Shown: positions 7,736-17,653 of the stretch, piece after piece
Position numbering within the stretch: the first letter of the stretch is position 1
Layout: each line of letters starts with the position of its first letter
From: a virus
Lineage: Duplodnaviria > Caudoviricetes
IMG/VR virus record: IMGVR_UViG_3300008255_000047
Coordinates: 1-41,548 of that record
Direction: 5' to 3' (one strand)
DNA length: 41,548 nucleotides
Notes under the pieces: generated by a model
Databases searched by the model: none
Seen by the model: the letters and a program-made list of their open reading frames with translations, nothing else
Told to the model about the DNA's origin: nothing
Position numbers and translations under genes: made by a program

Positions 7736-8305
7736 TTAGATCGCAGCCGTCACCAGCGCCGCAAGCCACTTGCCGTATTCCGTAATCACCAGCGCCGCCC
7801 CTAGAACCGTCCAGCCGGTCAACTCGCCCCAATTCCCAGCCTCATCGCCGGGGTGTGTAAAGGTCGGCAGGGACGCGCCCCGGCTCACGGTGACGGTAAA
7901 CGCCAGATAGACCAGGACAAGGCCCACGGTGCCCGCCAGCGGCCCATATGGCACGTATCCAAGCCATTGGAGCGCACCGGCCCAAAGTCCCGCCAGGACG
8001 CCATACCGCAGCCCTGCATAGGCCAAATAACGCCCGACGCCCCCGCCGGGACCACCTACAGCGCGTAGGATAAAATCGGTCGATTTTTCACCTAGCGGGA
8101 ATTTGTTCATGGGTCCGTGTGGAGCAATCCGCGCCATAGCGAATAGCGCCAGGAACGACACGCCACCGCGCACCCAATCGCCCCATGTCGCCCCAACGCA
8201 AATCGCCGCCAACGTCAGCACTTGAACCACGTTGCGGCCCTTCGGCGGAATACCGCCGCCCAACCATGAGCGCCACAGCCCCAACGTCAAAAATATAAAA
8301 CTCAT
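7736..8305 (-). CDS. Multi-pass membrane protein downstream of the spanins
   Basis: Several Gly/Leu/Trp-rich hydrophobic segments; the ATG at 8305 overlaps the o-spanin stop (ATGA). Confidence 0.7.
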   Translation of the reverse strand: MSFIFLTLGLWRSWLGGGIPPKGRNVVQVLTLAAICVGATWGDWVRGGVSFLALFAMARIAPHGPMNKFPLGEKSTDFILRAVGGPGGGVGRYLAYAGLRYGVLAGLWAGALQWLGYVPYGPLAGTVGLVLVYLAFTVTVSRGASLPTFTHPGDEAGNWGELTGWTVLGAALVITEYGKWLAALVTAAI

Positions 8306-8556
8306 TCCGCGATCCCCCGCGCCCAAAATTGTAGGGCTTTAAGTTTTAGCGCGTTCAATCGAGCGCACCCGTTATTTTCCGTGACGATCTTGGAAAATTC
8401 TTGCGTTGTGGTTTCATCCGGCACCGTGACCAACTCGCACGCCGGTTGCAGCAAATTTTCAGGGGCTTGTGGTTTCGGGTAATCCGACCCCGGTAATACT
8501 GGCGTTGTACACGCGGATAATATTAGGAGTGGGACAATTAGCGACATTTTCCACAT
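8302..8556 (-). CDS. Outer-membrane spanin (Rz1-like lipoprotein)
   Basis: Lipobox ILSAC, Pro-rich segment, overlaps the 3' end of the i-spanin in another frame. Confidence 0.8.
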   Translation of the reverse strand: MWKMSLIVPLLILSACTTPVLPGSDYPKPQAPENLLQPACELVTVPDETTTQEFSKIVTENNGCARLNALKLKALQFWARGIAE

Positions 8557-8824
8557 TACGCGTAATCCATTCGGTGATGATTTTTGTTTCGGTGATGATC
8601 TTCGGCGCGGCTTCGATATAAATTATATCGGCCTTGCGCGCGACAGTGATAAATTTGACCTGTTGAATCCGCGCCGCCTTGCTCGCAACGGCTTTGTATT
8701 CTGCGAAGTCCGCGCGGCTGTTAGCGAGTTGCAGCCGCGAATATCCGACCGCGACAACAAGCGCGCCGATTAAAAATAATTTCCAATGAGTGCGTAAGAA
8801 CGCAATTATAGTTAGTGGGTCCAT
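8459..8824 (-). CDS. Inner-membrane spanin (Rz-like)
   Basis: N-terminal TM helix followed by a helical region; directly after the endolysin. Confidence 0.8.
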   Translation of the reverse strand: MDPLTIIAFLRTHWKLFLIGALVVAVGYSRLQLANSRADFAEYKAVASKAARIQQVKFITVARKADIIYIEAAPKIITETKIITEWITRNVENVANCPTPNIIRVYNASITGVGLPETTSP

Positions 8825-9306
8825 TTCAAACTCACTCCTGCGTTAACGCCTTCCAAACACAACGCGCGTTCTTCAGTGCGACGGCGGGTTAATCCCGGCA
8901 AAGCAACTTTAATACCGCCGATGGTCGCCTTATCCCACATCAGAAGTGCGTCACATGCACCTTGTAAATTTCCAGCGTTAGCACGCCGCGCCATACTCGA
9001 ACTACAAAATGCTGGAGCGCCGATGTTGTACGCAGCCGATAAAAAAGCAACGTATGTGCGTTCCGGTAAATCGGTTGGAACACATTTATCAATTGCGGTT
9101 GAAAATTTATCGAGTGACGTATTTAAGCGCGTTTTGCATTCCTCCAACGTGGCGGTGTCACCCATCCTTACGCCGTGGGTATCACCATAACAAATGGTTG
9201 GTATGCGCGGCGGGTCATAATATGCAACGGTACTCACACCTTCAAAACCCGCGACAACAAGAACAGCAAGCCCAGCAATGCCAGCGGATTTTTTTAACCT
9301 ATTCAT
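8812..9306 (-). CDS. GH24 lysozyme, SAR-type endolysin
   Basis: Gly/Ala-rich N-terminal SAR segment; E-x8-D-x5-T triad (FEG...YYD...PTICYG); C-terminal GLTRRR. Confidence 0.92.
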   Translation of the reverse strand: MNRLKKSAGIAGLAVLVVAGFEGVSTVAYYDPPRIPTICYGDTHGVRMGDTATLEECKTRLNTSLDKFSTAIDKCVPTDLPERTYVAFLSAAYNIGAPAFCSSSMARRANAGNLQGACDALLMWDKATIGGIKVALPGLTRRRTEERALCLEGVNAGVSLKWTH

Positions 9307-9520
9307 TTTCGTTTATCTCTTTTTGAACGGTTACGCGCGCACCTAATGCTGCGATTGACGCGAGCGCCGATAAGCCCGCAAAAATTCCACGCGGCATAGA
9401 GTCACTAAACAACGGCAACGCAACTTCGAGACCTGTCAACGTACCAGCCAATATGATTAACCGTATTGACCATGCGTGTTTTAAAATCACGCGCCAATTG
9501 TTTGTTATTAAAAATTTCAA
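9299..9520 (-). CDS. Holin/pinholin, 2 TM
   Basis: NWRVILKHAWSIR start, two hydrophobic segments, ARVTVQ end; precedes the endolysin. Confidence 0.75.
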   Translation of the reverse strand: MKFLITNNWRVILKHAWSIRLIILAGTLTGLEVALPLFSDSMPRGIFAGLSALASIAALGARVTVQKEINENE

Positions 9521-9529
9521 AACTCACCC

Positions 9530-9769
9530 TTACTTCATTAATATTTGAGCTACTATACCTACAACTCCACCAATTATGCTCAATAACATTGTTATGAGTA
9601 GAGTAATGACGGCTTTCATGATCCCATCTAGTCGTGAATGTACACGACTAAAAGAGTTAGTTATTTCACCGTAACGTTGAGCGCATACAATTTCATGACC
9701 GTTCACACGTTTTTCGGTATTGTTAGCTTTCTCACCTAAACGCGACACTTCAACAGCTAAATCACTCAT
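9530..9769 (-). CDS. Holin/antiholin-like protein (coiled coil plus C-terminal TM)
   Basis: HEIVCAQRY motif, C-terminal TM helix, position in the lysis cassette. Confidence 0.6.
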   Translation of the reverse strand: MSDLAVEVSRLGEKANNTEKRVNGHEIVCAQRYGEITNSFSRVHSRLDGIMKAVITLLITMLLSIIGGVVGIVAQILMK

Positions 9770-10203
9770 ACCCCCAAGACCTCGTTTGCGCGACCTTCAT
9801 TGATTAAACCAGAGCTTTCAAGATAGTTAGTCCCCGCGATGGTGTCCGCGTCGTTTAAATCAATTTGCTCCGCGCTGTTCAATAAATCCATGAAGTCAAT
9901 TACAACAGGGTCTATTGACGCGCGGATAGTGATACGCTCCAACGCTGTTAATCGTCGTTTATATTCAAGTACGGATATAATTTTCGTAAACGGTTCAGGA
10001 GTTGTGTTGATTGGGTTGTTGTAACCCCCTTGTCCATCTGATTTTGCGCCCGCTAAAGTACCAGACGGTACACTCACAAAAGATTCTAATCCACCCCATG
10101 CGTCGATTTGAGAGGCCGGGTATCTTTGGTTTATTTCATATTTTTCAGAAACAATTTGAACGTCGAGGACTTCACTATCAACAATACGAGCATATGTATT
10201 CAT
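9766..10203 (-). CDS. Probable tail fibre assembly/chaperone-like protein
   Basis: Start MNTYARI overlaps the fibre stop (ATGA); C-terminal RRLTALERITIR...GRANEVL; follows the fibre gene. Confidence 0.55.
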   Translation of the reverse strand: MNTYARIVDSEVLDVQIVSEKYEINQRYPASQIDAWGGLESFVSVPSGTLAGAKSDGQGGYNNPINTTPEPFTKIISVLEYKRRLTALERITIRASIDPVVIDFMDLLNSAEQIDLNDADTIAGTNYLESSGLINEGRANEVLGV

Positions 10204-11156
10204 CGTAACCACTCCACACAACAATAACCTGCGCCACCCGCGCCACCCGCACCTTGAGCACCCGCACTTGAACCACCAGAGCCGCCACCCGCGCACAATC
10301 CACCCGCTCCACCAGCCGTGCCACCTGTTTGACCACCACCGCCCGCAAAGATTCCACCAGCTACAGACGCCGCTATACCACCAACAAACGGAGAGCTTGC
10401 GGAAGTAGCGTTTAACGGCATTGTGTAAATTGTAGGATGCGGACTTTGGAAATTGACGTATGATGCGGTTCCGGTCAGCGTGATCGCATTTGACGAACCA
10501 TTTGTACCTGTCGCATTGCCAGAACTAAATGGCGCACCCGCGCCACTGTTTGCCCCCGTGCTAGTCGTTCCACCATGACCACCAGCTATTGCAGCGCCAC
10601 CGCTGCCTGTAGCATTACCAGGGTTACCGCTGCCACCTGTGCCACCTGTCCCTAAATGCGAACCCGGAGCGCCACCACCAGCGCCACCGTTGTTACCAGC
10701 CGCCGCAGCACCAGCGCCACCATCACCGCCCGCAGCGGTCAATTGAGCGTAAGTAGATGCCGCAAACGCACCACCCGTGCCACCTGCACCAGCCGTAGTT
10801 GACGCGGCATTGCCTTTACCACCGCCCGCAGCCGAAACAAGAGAACCAAATGAAGTTGTGCCTCCGTTGCCGCCGTCAGTTGCAGCCGCCCCGGCTGTTC
10901 CACCAGCCGGTATTGTCACGGTTATACTATCGCCCGCGTTTAAAATAACTTTTGCTGATTTAAACTCACCACCACCACCCGCTGAACCGGCCCTGGAATT
11001 GGTAGTGCCGCCCGCGCCACCACCACCCGCGCCGATACAAGTAATTCTATATTCGCCGGTATAAGGTGCTACGAATATGAATGTTCCAGGTACGGACCAT
11101 TCTACATGGTCGCTTATCCCGTTTGGACTTATACTTGTGTAATCTTGCCAAGTCAT
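10200..11156 (-). CDS. Glycine-rich tail fibre / receptor-binding protein
   Basis: GTFIFVAP...IGAGGGG...GGTTSFGS...GYCCVEW glycine-rich domain; last tail gene. Confidence 0.75.
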   Translation of the reverse strand: MTWQDYTSISPNGISDHVEWSVPGTFIFVAPYTGEYRITCIGAGGGGAGGTTNSRAGSAGGGGEFKSAKVILNAGDSITVTIPAGGTAGAAATDGGNGGTTSFGSLVSAAGGGKGNAASTTAGAGGTGGAFAASTYAQLTAAGGDGGAGAAAAGNNGGAGGGAPGSHLGTGGTGGSGNPGNATGSGGAAIAGGHGGTTSTGANSGAGAPFSSGNATGTNGSSNAITLTGTASYVNFQSPHPTIYTMPLNATSASSPFVGGIAASVAGGIFAGGGGQTGGTAGGAGGLCAGGGSGGSSAGAQGAGGAGGAGYCCVEWLR

Positions 11157-11157
11157 C

Positions 11158-11529
11158 TTACGCGCTCCAAATTTTCAATCTGCCTTCGGGGATACTGTAA
11201 TAAAGGTCGCCGTCTTGCAACGGGTCGCCATTGTTCCGCGTTGCGGGTGGCGTCGAATGTGCACCTTGATTGATAGCCGTATATGTGCCAGCAACCGCAA
11301 TTGCTTGCGTCATTGCTGTTTCAGCCGCATCCTTGCTTGCAACAGCGGTTGCAGCATCGGTTGCAACCGCTGTTGCAGTTCCTTCGGTCCAAACCGCTAA
11401 TGCATTTGTTTCAGTAACCATTGTAGGCATTGCCGCAACTGTAGCATTAGCCTTTGCCGCAAACGTTGCTTGTGCTTCACCTCGAACGGGATATGCGGGG
11501 AGTGCTGTTATAGTTGGTGGTGCGGTCAT
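11158..11529 (-). CDS. Tail fibre N-terminal anchor / minor tail protein
   Basis: ITALPAYPVRG...FAAKANA, Ala-rich coil, RNNGDPLQDGDLYY motif typical of fibre N-termini. Confidence 0.65.
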   Translation of the reverse strand: MTAPPTITALPAYPVRGEAQATFAAKANATVAAMPTMVTETNALAVWTEGTATAVATDAATAVASKDAAETAMTQAIAVAGTYTAINQGAHSTPPATRNNGDPLQDGDLYYSIPEGRLKIWSA

Positions 11530-12426
11530 TTAAAATTCCTCAACACTGATGTTGCACTCTACAACAGAAAGCCCATTAATGATAATATCAAAACTCTCAA
11601 AAACACCAAAAACGATTGTTTCGGGTTTACTACTATCTCCGATAAAAAGGGTTGGTGTCACCGCTAATTCAGCCGCGATGCGTTGAATCGGATCGGTGTT
11701 TGCTTGCGGAATCATAACCGGAAAATCCACAACGCGGATTGTGCGGCGATTAACTAAAGTTAAGCCGCCAAATTCATCGCGCACTTTTTGGCTAAATGTG
11801 ACATTGCGCGAATTGATCCCCGCCAAGCTACGCCCAGCATCAACCGAACGTCCAATGACAACACGCCCAACCGAAACGGTATCCGAAGGCGATGCCGCTG
11901 TAACCATAATATCAACAGTGACACCTGTTCCAAAATAAGCAGGTAAATTTTCAAAGATCAAAGCATTTTGACGTTCGTAACTTGTGAAAAAATATTCCCA
12001 CCAATCCGGAACCCCTATATCAGCAACGTCTAACGTCTCATCATAAACAATCCCCTCAACAGGATCATTTAATTGAACGGTTACGCTCACCGCATCAACA
12101 CCGAGAACGCCCACCGTGGTAACCACCGTAGGAATTTCAACACTCACCTCAATATCATCAACTTTTTCGCTAGTTGAGTCTGTACCTTCACGCCACATGC
12201 GCCAAATATTTGCATAGCCAATAACAATCCATGTCGGCACGGCTTTCGCTGCACCGACAGATGGTTGGTCGGTTGTGGTAGGTGACTCCACAACTTCATA
12301 AACTATTTCGCCTTCAACGCGACGTTGCCCGAGCGCAATTGTTCCGGCGCTCCAAGTCGAATAATCGTTCGTGACGTTGGTTGTTAGATTGCTGTCATCA
12401 ACCGTTATCGGAACTACAAATTTCAT
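11530..12426 (-). CDS. Distal tail / baseplate protein
   Basis: Immediately after the tape measure gene (ATGA overlap); beta-rich 298 aa. Confidence 0.65.
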   Translation of the reverse strand: MKFVVPITVDDSNLTTNVTNDYSTWSAGTIALGQRRVEGEIVYEVVESPTTTDQPSVGAAKAVPTWIVIGYANIWRMWREGTDSTSEKVDDIEVSVEIPTVVTTVGVLGVDAVSVTVQLNDPVEGIVYDETLDVADIGVPDWWEYFFTSYERQNALIFENLPAYFGTGVTVDIMVTAASPSDTVSVGRVVIGRSVDAGRSLAGINSRNVTFSQKVRDEFGGLTLVNRRTIRVVDFPVMIPQANTDPIQRIAAELAVTPTLFIGDSSKPETIVFGVFESFDIIINGLSVVECNISVEEF

Positions 12427-15400
12427 ACCATTTCTTCCGACTGTGTTTCACGCCACACACGATCTTCAAGGTTATAGGCTTTCGTCGTGCTAGTCGCGGT
12501 TGCTTGACTATAGTTTTTAATTTCTTCCAACGTCGCAATCATTTTATCCGTTGTGATTTGTGCGCTCGCCACGCTTGCTCCACCGGACACAACGCCTGGT
12601 GGTACAGCGCCGTTACCGCGTTCCGCGTTGATCGACGTATAAAAATCTCGCAACGCGTTTTCTACCGACAGAATACCGGCATCAATACCGCGTAACACGT
12701 TCAACTGATTTTCAGCGTTGATAAGCTGATTATCTAAAACTTCTATTTGCTGTTCAAACAACAGCGTTTCAACATCAATCAATTCAGCGGTTGACGCCTG
12801 GATAGCAACGATTTCATCCTCAATCGCGCGTACGGTCAACTCGGCATAATTGATTTGATCTTGTCCCGCTTCGGACAATTCGCCCAAAAGATTCAGCGTG
12901 CGGACTTGTTCACGCCGGAACGCCGCCGCCGTCGCAAAATTACTCGCCTCTAACCGCACGGCATTTTGTGCCGCCGCACCTGTACCGGCCAGATTTCCGC
13001 TTTGCAAGGCAGCTTTAATGAACGCTACCGCGCTACGCTGCGAGCCGCTCGGATCAAACTGAGATTGAGCACCACTTAATGCACTCATGATTGAACCGAC
13101 TTCATTTTGAAGTGCATTCAAATTCTGACGTGCCGCACCAAGAGCAAGGTTCGCGGCTTCGGTTCGTATGCGCGATTCTTCTTTGATTAGAGCGACGGAC
13201 TCATTATAGGCCATCCGTCTAATTTCTTTTTCGGTATCAATCGATCGCGTGAGCATCGCTAACGCAATATCAGTGCGCTTGCGCGTGGTTTCGGTAAGAG
13301 CATCAGCGGCGGCTTGTGCGGCATCAGCGGCGGCTTGTGCGGCATTCTCCGCATTGGTTTCCAGCGTGGTAAAATATGCGTTCAATGCTTCACTGGAAGT
13401 CACGATAGCCGCGAACGCGCGTTGTCCCGCCTCCGTGGTTAAATCTAAACCGTCCACAAGTGCGCGGACGCCCGAGCGCGTTTCCGGCAACGTCATTCCC
13501 AACGCGCTAAACGTAGTGGTAAGATTTTGGGTCAACTTGTCGAATTGTTCTTGTTCGGTAAAGAAATTTTCAAAGAACGAATTAATACCGGCCTGGAAAG
13601 AATCCATACCGCCCGCAAATTCAACGAGAGAATTTGCCATTACCGCACTGCTAATTCCAATTTCGTACATAGCAACATCAACGGCGTTTAATAGCGAGTT
13701 GACCATACTCAGTTGGTTGCCTAAACGGATCAACGTTTCAGACGCGGCTTCGCCTTCCGTCGCAAGGTCCAGCAACGCTTGAACACTTTCGCCACCAACA
13801 GCGTTTACAACAGCCGTATCAAGTTGCTTAAACCAGTTTTCAACTGCCTTTTGCGCGTCGGCTTCGGATAGTGCACCTTCGCCGGTTGTTTTGATATTCA
13901 GTGCAGCAATTCTCACTTGCTCCATAATGTCGCGGCTTGCTTCAATTCCAAACAAACCAAAAGCCGTGGTGGCGTTATCTAATACGGCGTTATATGCAGT
14001 ATTGAATTGTGCCTGTTGTTCCGCACTAATACCCGAGAAAACCGTGCGGTCTTTAGACGAACTAAACAAACCACCCTTTTTATGTTGTGTCTCAAATGAT
14101 TGACCTAGCACACCCTGCGCCCCAAGCTGCAATTGTAAACCTCCACCAGTCGTTTGCCACTTGCCACCGAATAACGCGGTTTTCAGAGATTTGACAATCC
14201 CAACAATCGCTTTACCGACACTAATTGCCGCCGATGCAGCGGCGGCATAAGGTCCAATACCCGAAACATATGCTAACGCATTTAAACCGGATTGGATTTT
14301 ATCAAGTGTACTACTCTCAGATTTTGACATCCCTTTAAGTGCGTCAGACATTTTATTAACTTTATCCGCGAACTCATCGGCCATCTTCTCCGCACCAGCC
14401 TCAAACGGATCAAAGAATGTAGCTTTCAAACCGTCCCACATTTGTTGACCAATTGAACGCGTATCAATGTTCAAAGCTGATTTGGCACGGTCAACAGCTT
14501 TGATAAATTCATCCCCTGTGATTTCACCACTCTCAAGTAATTCTAAATATTCAGATACTTTCTCATTCAACAATTCTTGGTTGGTCATTAACTCGCGCTT
14601 TAGATCAATAGCCGCCTTATCAAGTTTATTGCTTTTCTCAGCCGCCTTGCTCATCGCTAAATCAAGTTTAACTTTTTCGGTAAGGACCTTTAATTCCTTA
14701 GCGTCCAACACGCCGGTAACTTTTTTCAGCGCATTGCTAACCGCAATTTCTTCATCAGTTTTTATCAACGCGTCAAGTTGCGCGCCGATTGATTCATTGA
14801 TTCCGTCCAGTGTGGTTTTATAGCTATCTGTAGTAGCCTTTGTAGCCACAACCGCCGCATTTTTATCGAATAGCGCCGCCGCCAATTCCGCAACGCGTTC
14901 TTTCATCGCAGCGGTTGCGCCTTCGCCAAGCTGAATCGTCGCGTTATAGATTGCCGTCGCGCGCTCGGTCATTCCAAGCACTTCGGTTTGTTGTTGCAGC
15001 GACGTAGTTAATTCCTTGAATTTATCTAGTGTCTCTTGCGGAACGGTCGGAGTCACCGCGCCGCCTTTGCCGCTACCAGCAAGCGCGGCATTCACTTCAG
15101 CAAGGCTGAAATTTCCCACCGTGATAGGCTCGCCGGTTCCTTCCAACGCCTTCTTTAATTTAGCAACCGCGTCCGTTGCGTTGTCGGTACTGAACTTCAA
15201 CTTGTCGAAATTACCGGCAAGCAAATTACCGAACCAATTACCAATGTCAGCAAACACGCCTTTAATCACACCGCCCACAAGTGCGAATGCTTGACCCCAT
15301 GAACCCGTTGCGGTTTTCAAATCCATAAGCAATGCGACAAGATGACCCGCAACAATTACGAGTGTGCCGATTGCGGTTGTGAGCAACACCCGAGACAATG

Positions 15401-16670
15401 CTTTGAACGCAACGCTTGCAACGGTAGCGGCAAGGCTTGACGCGCTGATAGACGCAGCAAGGGCAAGCATTCGGACGGTTGGTGCAAGCGCAGCAACACC
15501 AGCGGCAGCGAGTGAGATTGCGAGTTTACCAGCCATGAGAACAGCGAGTGACGTTGCAGCAATAACAACGTGGTCAAGATTATCGGCAAGTAATGTGAAC
15601 ACGGGTACCAACGTATTACCGATGGGCGTTGCTAATTCAAGGAACTGGTTCCGCAAACCCACCAAGACGCGACCTAGTTGAAATTCAACCGTCTTTGACA
15701 TTTTATCAAACGCCGCTTCCGTCGCGCCCGCCTTCGCGTTCATATACTCCATAATTTTAGCTAGGTCTTTTCCGGCTTGACCGGCGAAGGCTAGAACAGG
15801 GACCAACGCCTCAACACCGCCGAACAGCATGGAAATTTTATCGGTAGCGCCGCCGGTTTTTTCCGCGACGTTTGCTAGAAAGTCACCTAATCCCTGCGCT
15901 TCAAGGGCGGTTGCGTTAAATTGGATTCCGAGTTGTTTCGCCATATCCAACGCTTCTTGAGAAGGTTTAGTTACAGCGGCCAAGATCGCGCGTAATCCAG
16001 TCATAGCAACATTTGTTTGCACACCGCCCTTTGTGAGCGCGGCAACTGACGCCATTAATTCATCAAACGAAATTCCGGCTTGTGCCGCGAACGGTGCAAC
16101 CTTACCCAATTCTGCCGACAATTCACCGATGGTAGTTTTACCCGCGCGCATAGCAACAAACATCGCATCCGAAATTTCCGTTGCCTTATCCGATGACAAA
16201 CCATAGGCGTTAAGCGCACTCGTTAGACCATCGGCGGCTATCGCTACTTCCGTCACACCACCAACCGCGAGTTTGTTTGAAGCGGTCAAAAGGTTTGTGG
16301 CATCGGCAGCGGTTGACGCGCCCGCCGAAATAATCTGATAAGACGCCTTCGCCTGTTGCGTGGCAGCGCCGCCGAACGCGCCCGACGCGGACAACACGGC
16401 TTTTTGCATCCGACCCATATCAAAAACAGCCGTGTCAACTAGCGTTGATACTTCGGCCATCGCGGTTTGAAATTTACCCACGTCGCGCAAAAGAGCAACA
16501 CCACCCAAGGCAACGGCAGCTTGAGTCGCCATCTTTTTCAACGCACCATTTAGCGCGTTGGTTTTACCTTCGGTTTTTTCGCTTTGTTTACTGAGATTCG
16601 CCAAGTCGCGCAAAGCGACTTTAAGTCCGCTTGTATCTGCACCCATTACGAGTTTTGCGAAGTCGGTCAT
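12423..16670 (-). CDS. Tail tape measure protein (TP901-like core)
   Basis: 1415 aa, Ala-rich helical, GKTTIGELS motif; follows the tail chaperones. Confidence 0.95.
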   Translation of the reverse strand: MTDFAKLVMGADTSGLKVALRDLANLSKQSEKTEGKTNALNGALKKMATQAAVALGGVALLRDVGKFQTAMAEVSTLVDTAVFDMGRMQKAVLSASGAFGGAATQQAKASYQIISAGASTAADATNLLTASNKLAVGGVTEVAIAADGLTSALNAYGLSSDKATEISDAMFVAMRAGKTTIGELSAELGKVAPFAAQAGISFDELMASVAALTKGGVQTNVAMTGLRAILAAVTKPSQEALDMAKQLGIQFNATALEAQGLGDFLANVAEKTGGATDKISMLFGGVEALVPVLAFAGQAGKDLAKIMEYMNAKAGATEAAFDKMSKTVEFQLGRVLVGLRNQFLELATPIGNTLVPVFTLLADNLDHVVIAATSLAVLMAGKLAISLAAAGVAALAPTVRMLALAASISASSLAATVASVAFKALSRVLLTTAIGTLVIVAGHLVALLMDLKTATGSWGQAFALVGGVIKGVFADIGNWFGNLLAGNFDKLKFSTDNATDAVAKLKKALEGTGEPITVGNFSLAEVNAALAGSGKGGAVTPTVPQETLDKFKELTTSLQQQTEVLGMTERATAIYNATIQLGEGATAAMKERVAELAAALFDKNAAVVATKATTDSYKTTLDGINESIGAQLDALIKTDEEIAVSNALKKVTGVLDAKELKVLTEKVKLDLAMSKAAEKSNKLDKAAIDLKRELMTNQELLNEKVSEYLELLESGEITGDEFIKAVDRAKSALNIDTRSIGQQMWDGLKATFFDPFEAGAEKMADEFADKVNKMSDALKGMSKSESSTLDKIQSGLNALAYVSGIGPYAAAASAAISVGKAIVGIVKSLKTALFGGKWQTTGGGLQLQLGAQGVLGQSFETQHKKGGLFSSSKDRTVFSGISAEQQAQFNTAYNAVLDNATTAFGLFGIEASRDIMEQVRIAALNIKTTGEGALSEADAQKAVENWFKQLDTAVVNAVGGESVQALLDLATEGEAASETLIRLGNQLSMVNSLLNAVDVAMYEIGISSAVMANSLVEFAGGMDSFQAGINSFFENFFTEQEQFDKLTQNLTTTFSALGMTLPETRSGVRALVDGLDLTTEAGQRAFAAIVTSSEALNAYFTTLETNAENAAQAAADAAQAAADALTETTRKRTDIALAMLTRSIDTEKEIRRMAYNESVALIKEESRIRTEAANLALGAARQNLNALQNEVGSIMSALSGAQSQFDPSGSQRSAVAFIKAALQSGNLAGTGAAAQNAVRLEASNFATAAAFRREQVRTLNLLGELSEAGQDQINYAELTVRAIEDEIVAIQASTAELIDVETLLFEQQIEVLDNQLINAENQLNVLRGIDAGILSVENALRDFYTSINAERGNGAVPPGVVSGGASVASAQITTDKMIATLEEIKNYSQATATSTTKAYNLEDRVWRETQSEEMV

Positions 16671-17020
16671 TATTTTTTCACTCGGTCATAAGGTGCAATG
16701 CGTAGCGGCTCGTTATTATTTCTCTCAGTAGCATAAGCCGAACTCATTTCACGAACGCAACGAAATTCCCAAGGTTCACTTAGTATTTCCGTTGCGTCCG
16801 CGTATGACTTAATCTCAACCCAACTCAGCGGACAAATTCCAAAACCGTTATTCTCGGACCACCCCAACTCCACAACCGCTTGAACAAGGTGCAATCCTTC
16901 GGGTGGCTTCGGATAAGCAATCGCTAATATTTCAGCACGGGTTTCCTTATCGCCTTTCGGAACCGTAGCGAGATAACCGACCTGCGCCGCGTATCGAATC
17001 AGGTCGGTTATTTTTTTCCC
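16670..17020 (-). CDS. Tail assembly chaperone, frameshifted (gpT-like) part
   Basis: The -1 frame from slippery G GGA AAA (17020-17014) is open (KITDLIRYAAQVGYL...LSWVEIKSY) to 16670. Confidence 0.8.
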   Translation of the reverse strand, partial: GKKITDLIRYAAQVGYLATVPKGDKETRAEILAIAYPKPPEGLHLVQAVVELGWSENNGFGICPLSWVEIKSYADATEILSEPWEFRCVREMSSAYATERNNNEPLRIAPYDRVKK

Positions 17021-17511
17021 AAATATGTGCCCGCGTTATTTGACGCCTTGAGAATTTGCTGCGCGAAACTGTCGCCGTTCCACACGTCCGAATCTTCATC
17101 GTCGGCAGTCGCCATGAGCGACTTGACCGAAAGAAAATTTAGATCAAGAAACCATTCAATATCTTCGGCGCTTGTGGTCAACGGGCGCTTGTCGCGCTCG
17201 ATATTTTCAAAACCGCGAATGACGCGCGCCGCGCCTTCAACAAGCGTTTTTTGTACGTCAGCCAAAGCGGTTGCTTGTTCATCTTCTTTTTTCTTTTTAT
17301 TGCCGCCTTTAGCTTTATCCTTGGCCGCTGTCATTTTGGTGCGGGCTTCTTCAAGGATACCAGCTTGGACCGTGCGAGCGTGCGAACCCACAACCAAAAC
17401 GGCGCAAGGTAAATCGCCGTCATTGATAAAATCACCTGTAGCGGGGTCACGCAAATAAACCGGTTGCGCGGTTTCGGCAGCGGTACGGGCATCATACTTA
17501 GAAAAATCCAT
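17008..17511 (-). CDS. Tail assembly chaperone (gpG-like)
   Basis: Between tail tube and tape measure genes; ends YLGKK on a slippery sequence. Confidence 0.85.
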   Translation of the reverse strand: MDFSKYDARTAAETAQPVYLRDPATGDFINDGDLPCAVLVVGSHARTVQAGILEEARTKMTAAKDKAKGGNKKKKEDEQATALADVQKTLVEGAARVIRGFENIERDKRPLTTSAEDIEWFLDLNFLSVKSLMATADDEDSDVWNGDSFAQQILKASNNAGTYLGKK

Positions 17512-17574
17512 GGGTTATTTCCTCTGTGTGGGTTTGTGAGTGATAGATTTTAGGGCGTGGGTTTTTAGAAGTGT

Positions 17575-17653
17575 GGCGGTTCGCGCACCCCACAATTACG
17601 CGAACCGCCTAACCGAACGGCCTTGGGAGAATTAAGGTTTACTCGTTCGGTTA
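17575..17653 (-). promoter_or_regulatory. Two adjacent RNA hairpins between tail tube and chaperone genes
   Basis: Stems TAACCGAACG/CGTTCGGTTA and GGCGGTTCGCG/CGCGAACCGCC; no U-tract. Confidence 0.55.

Noticed and set aside
13300-13345. 21-bp tandem duplication in the tape measure gene
   Set aside because: Ordinary in-frame heptad expansion (AAQAAAD)
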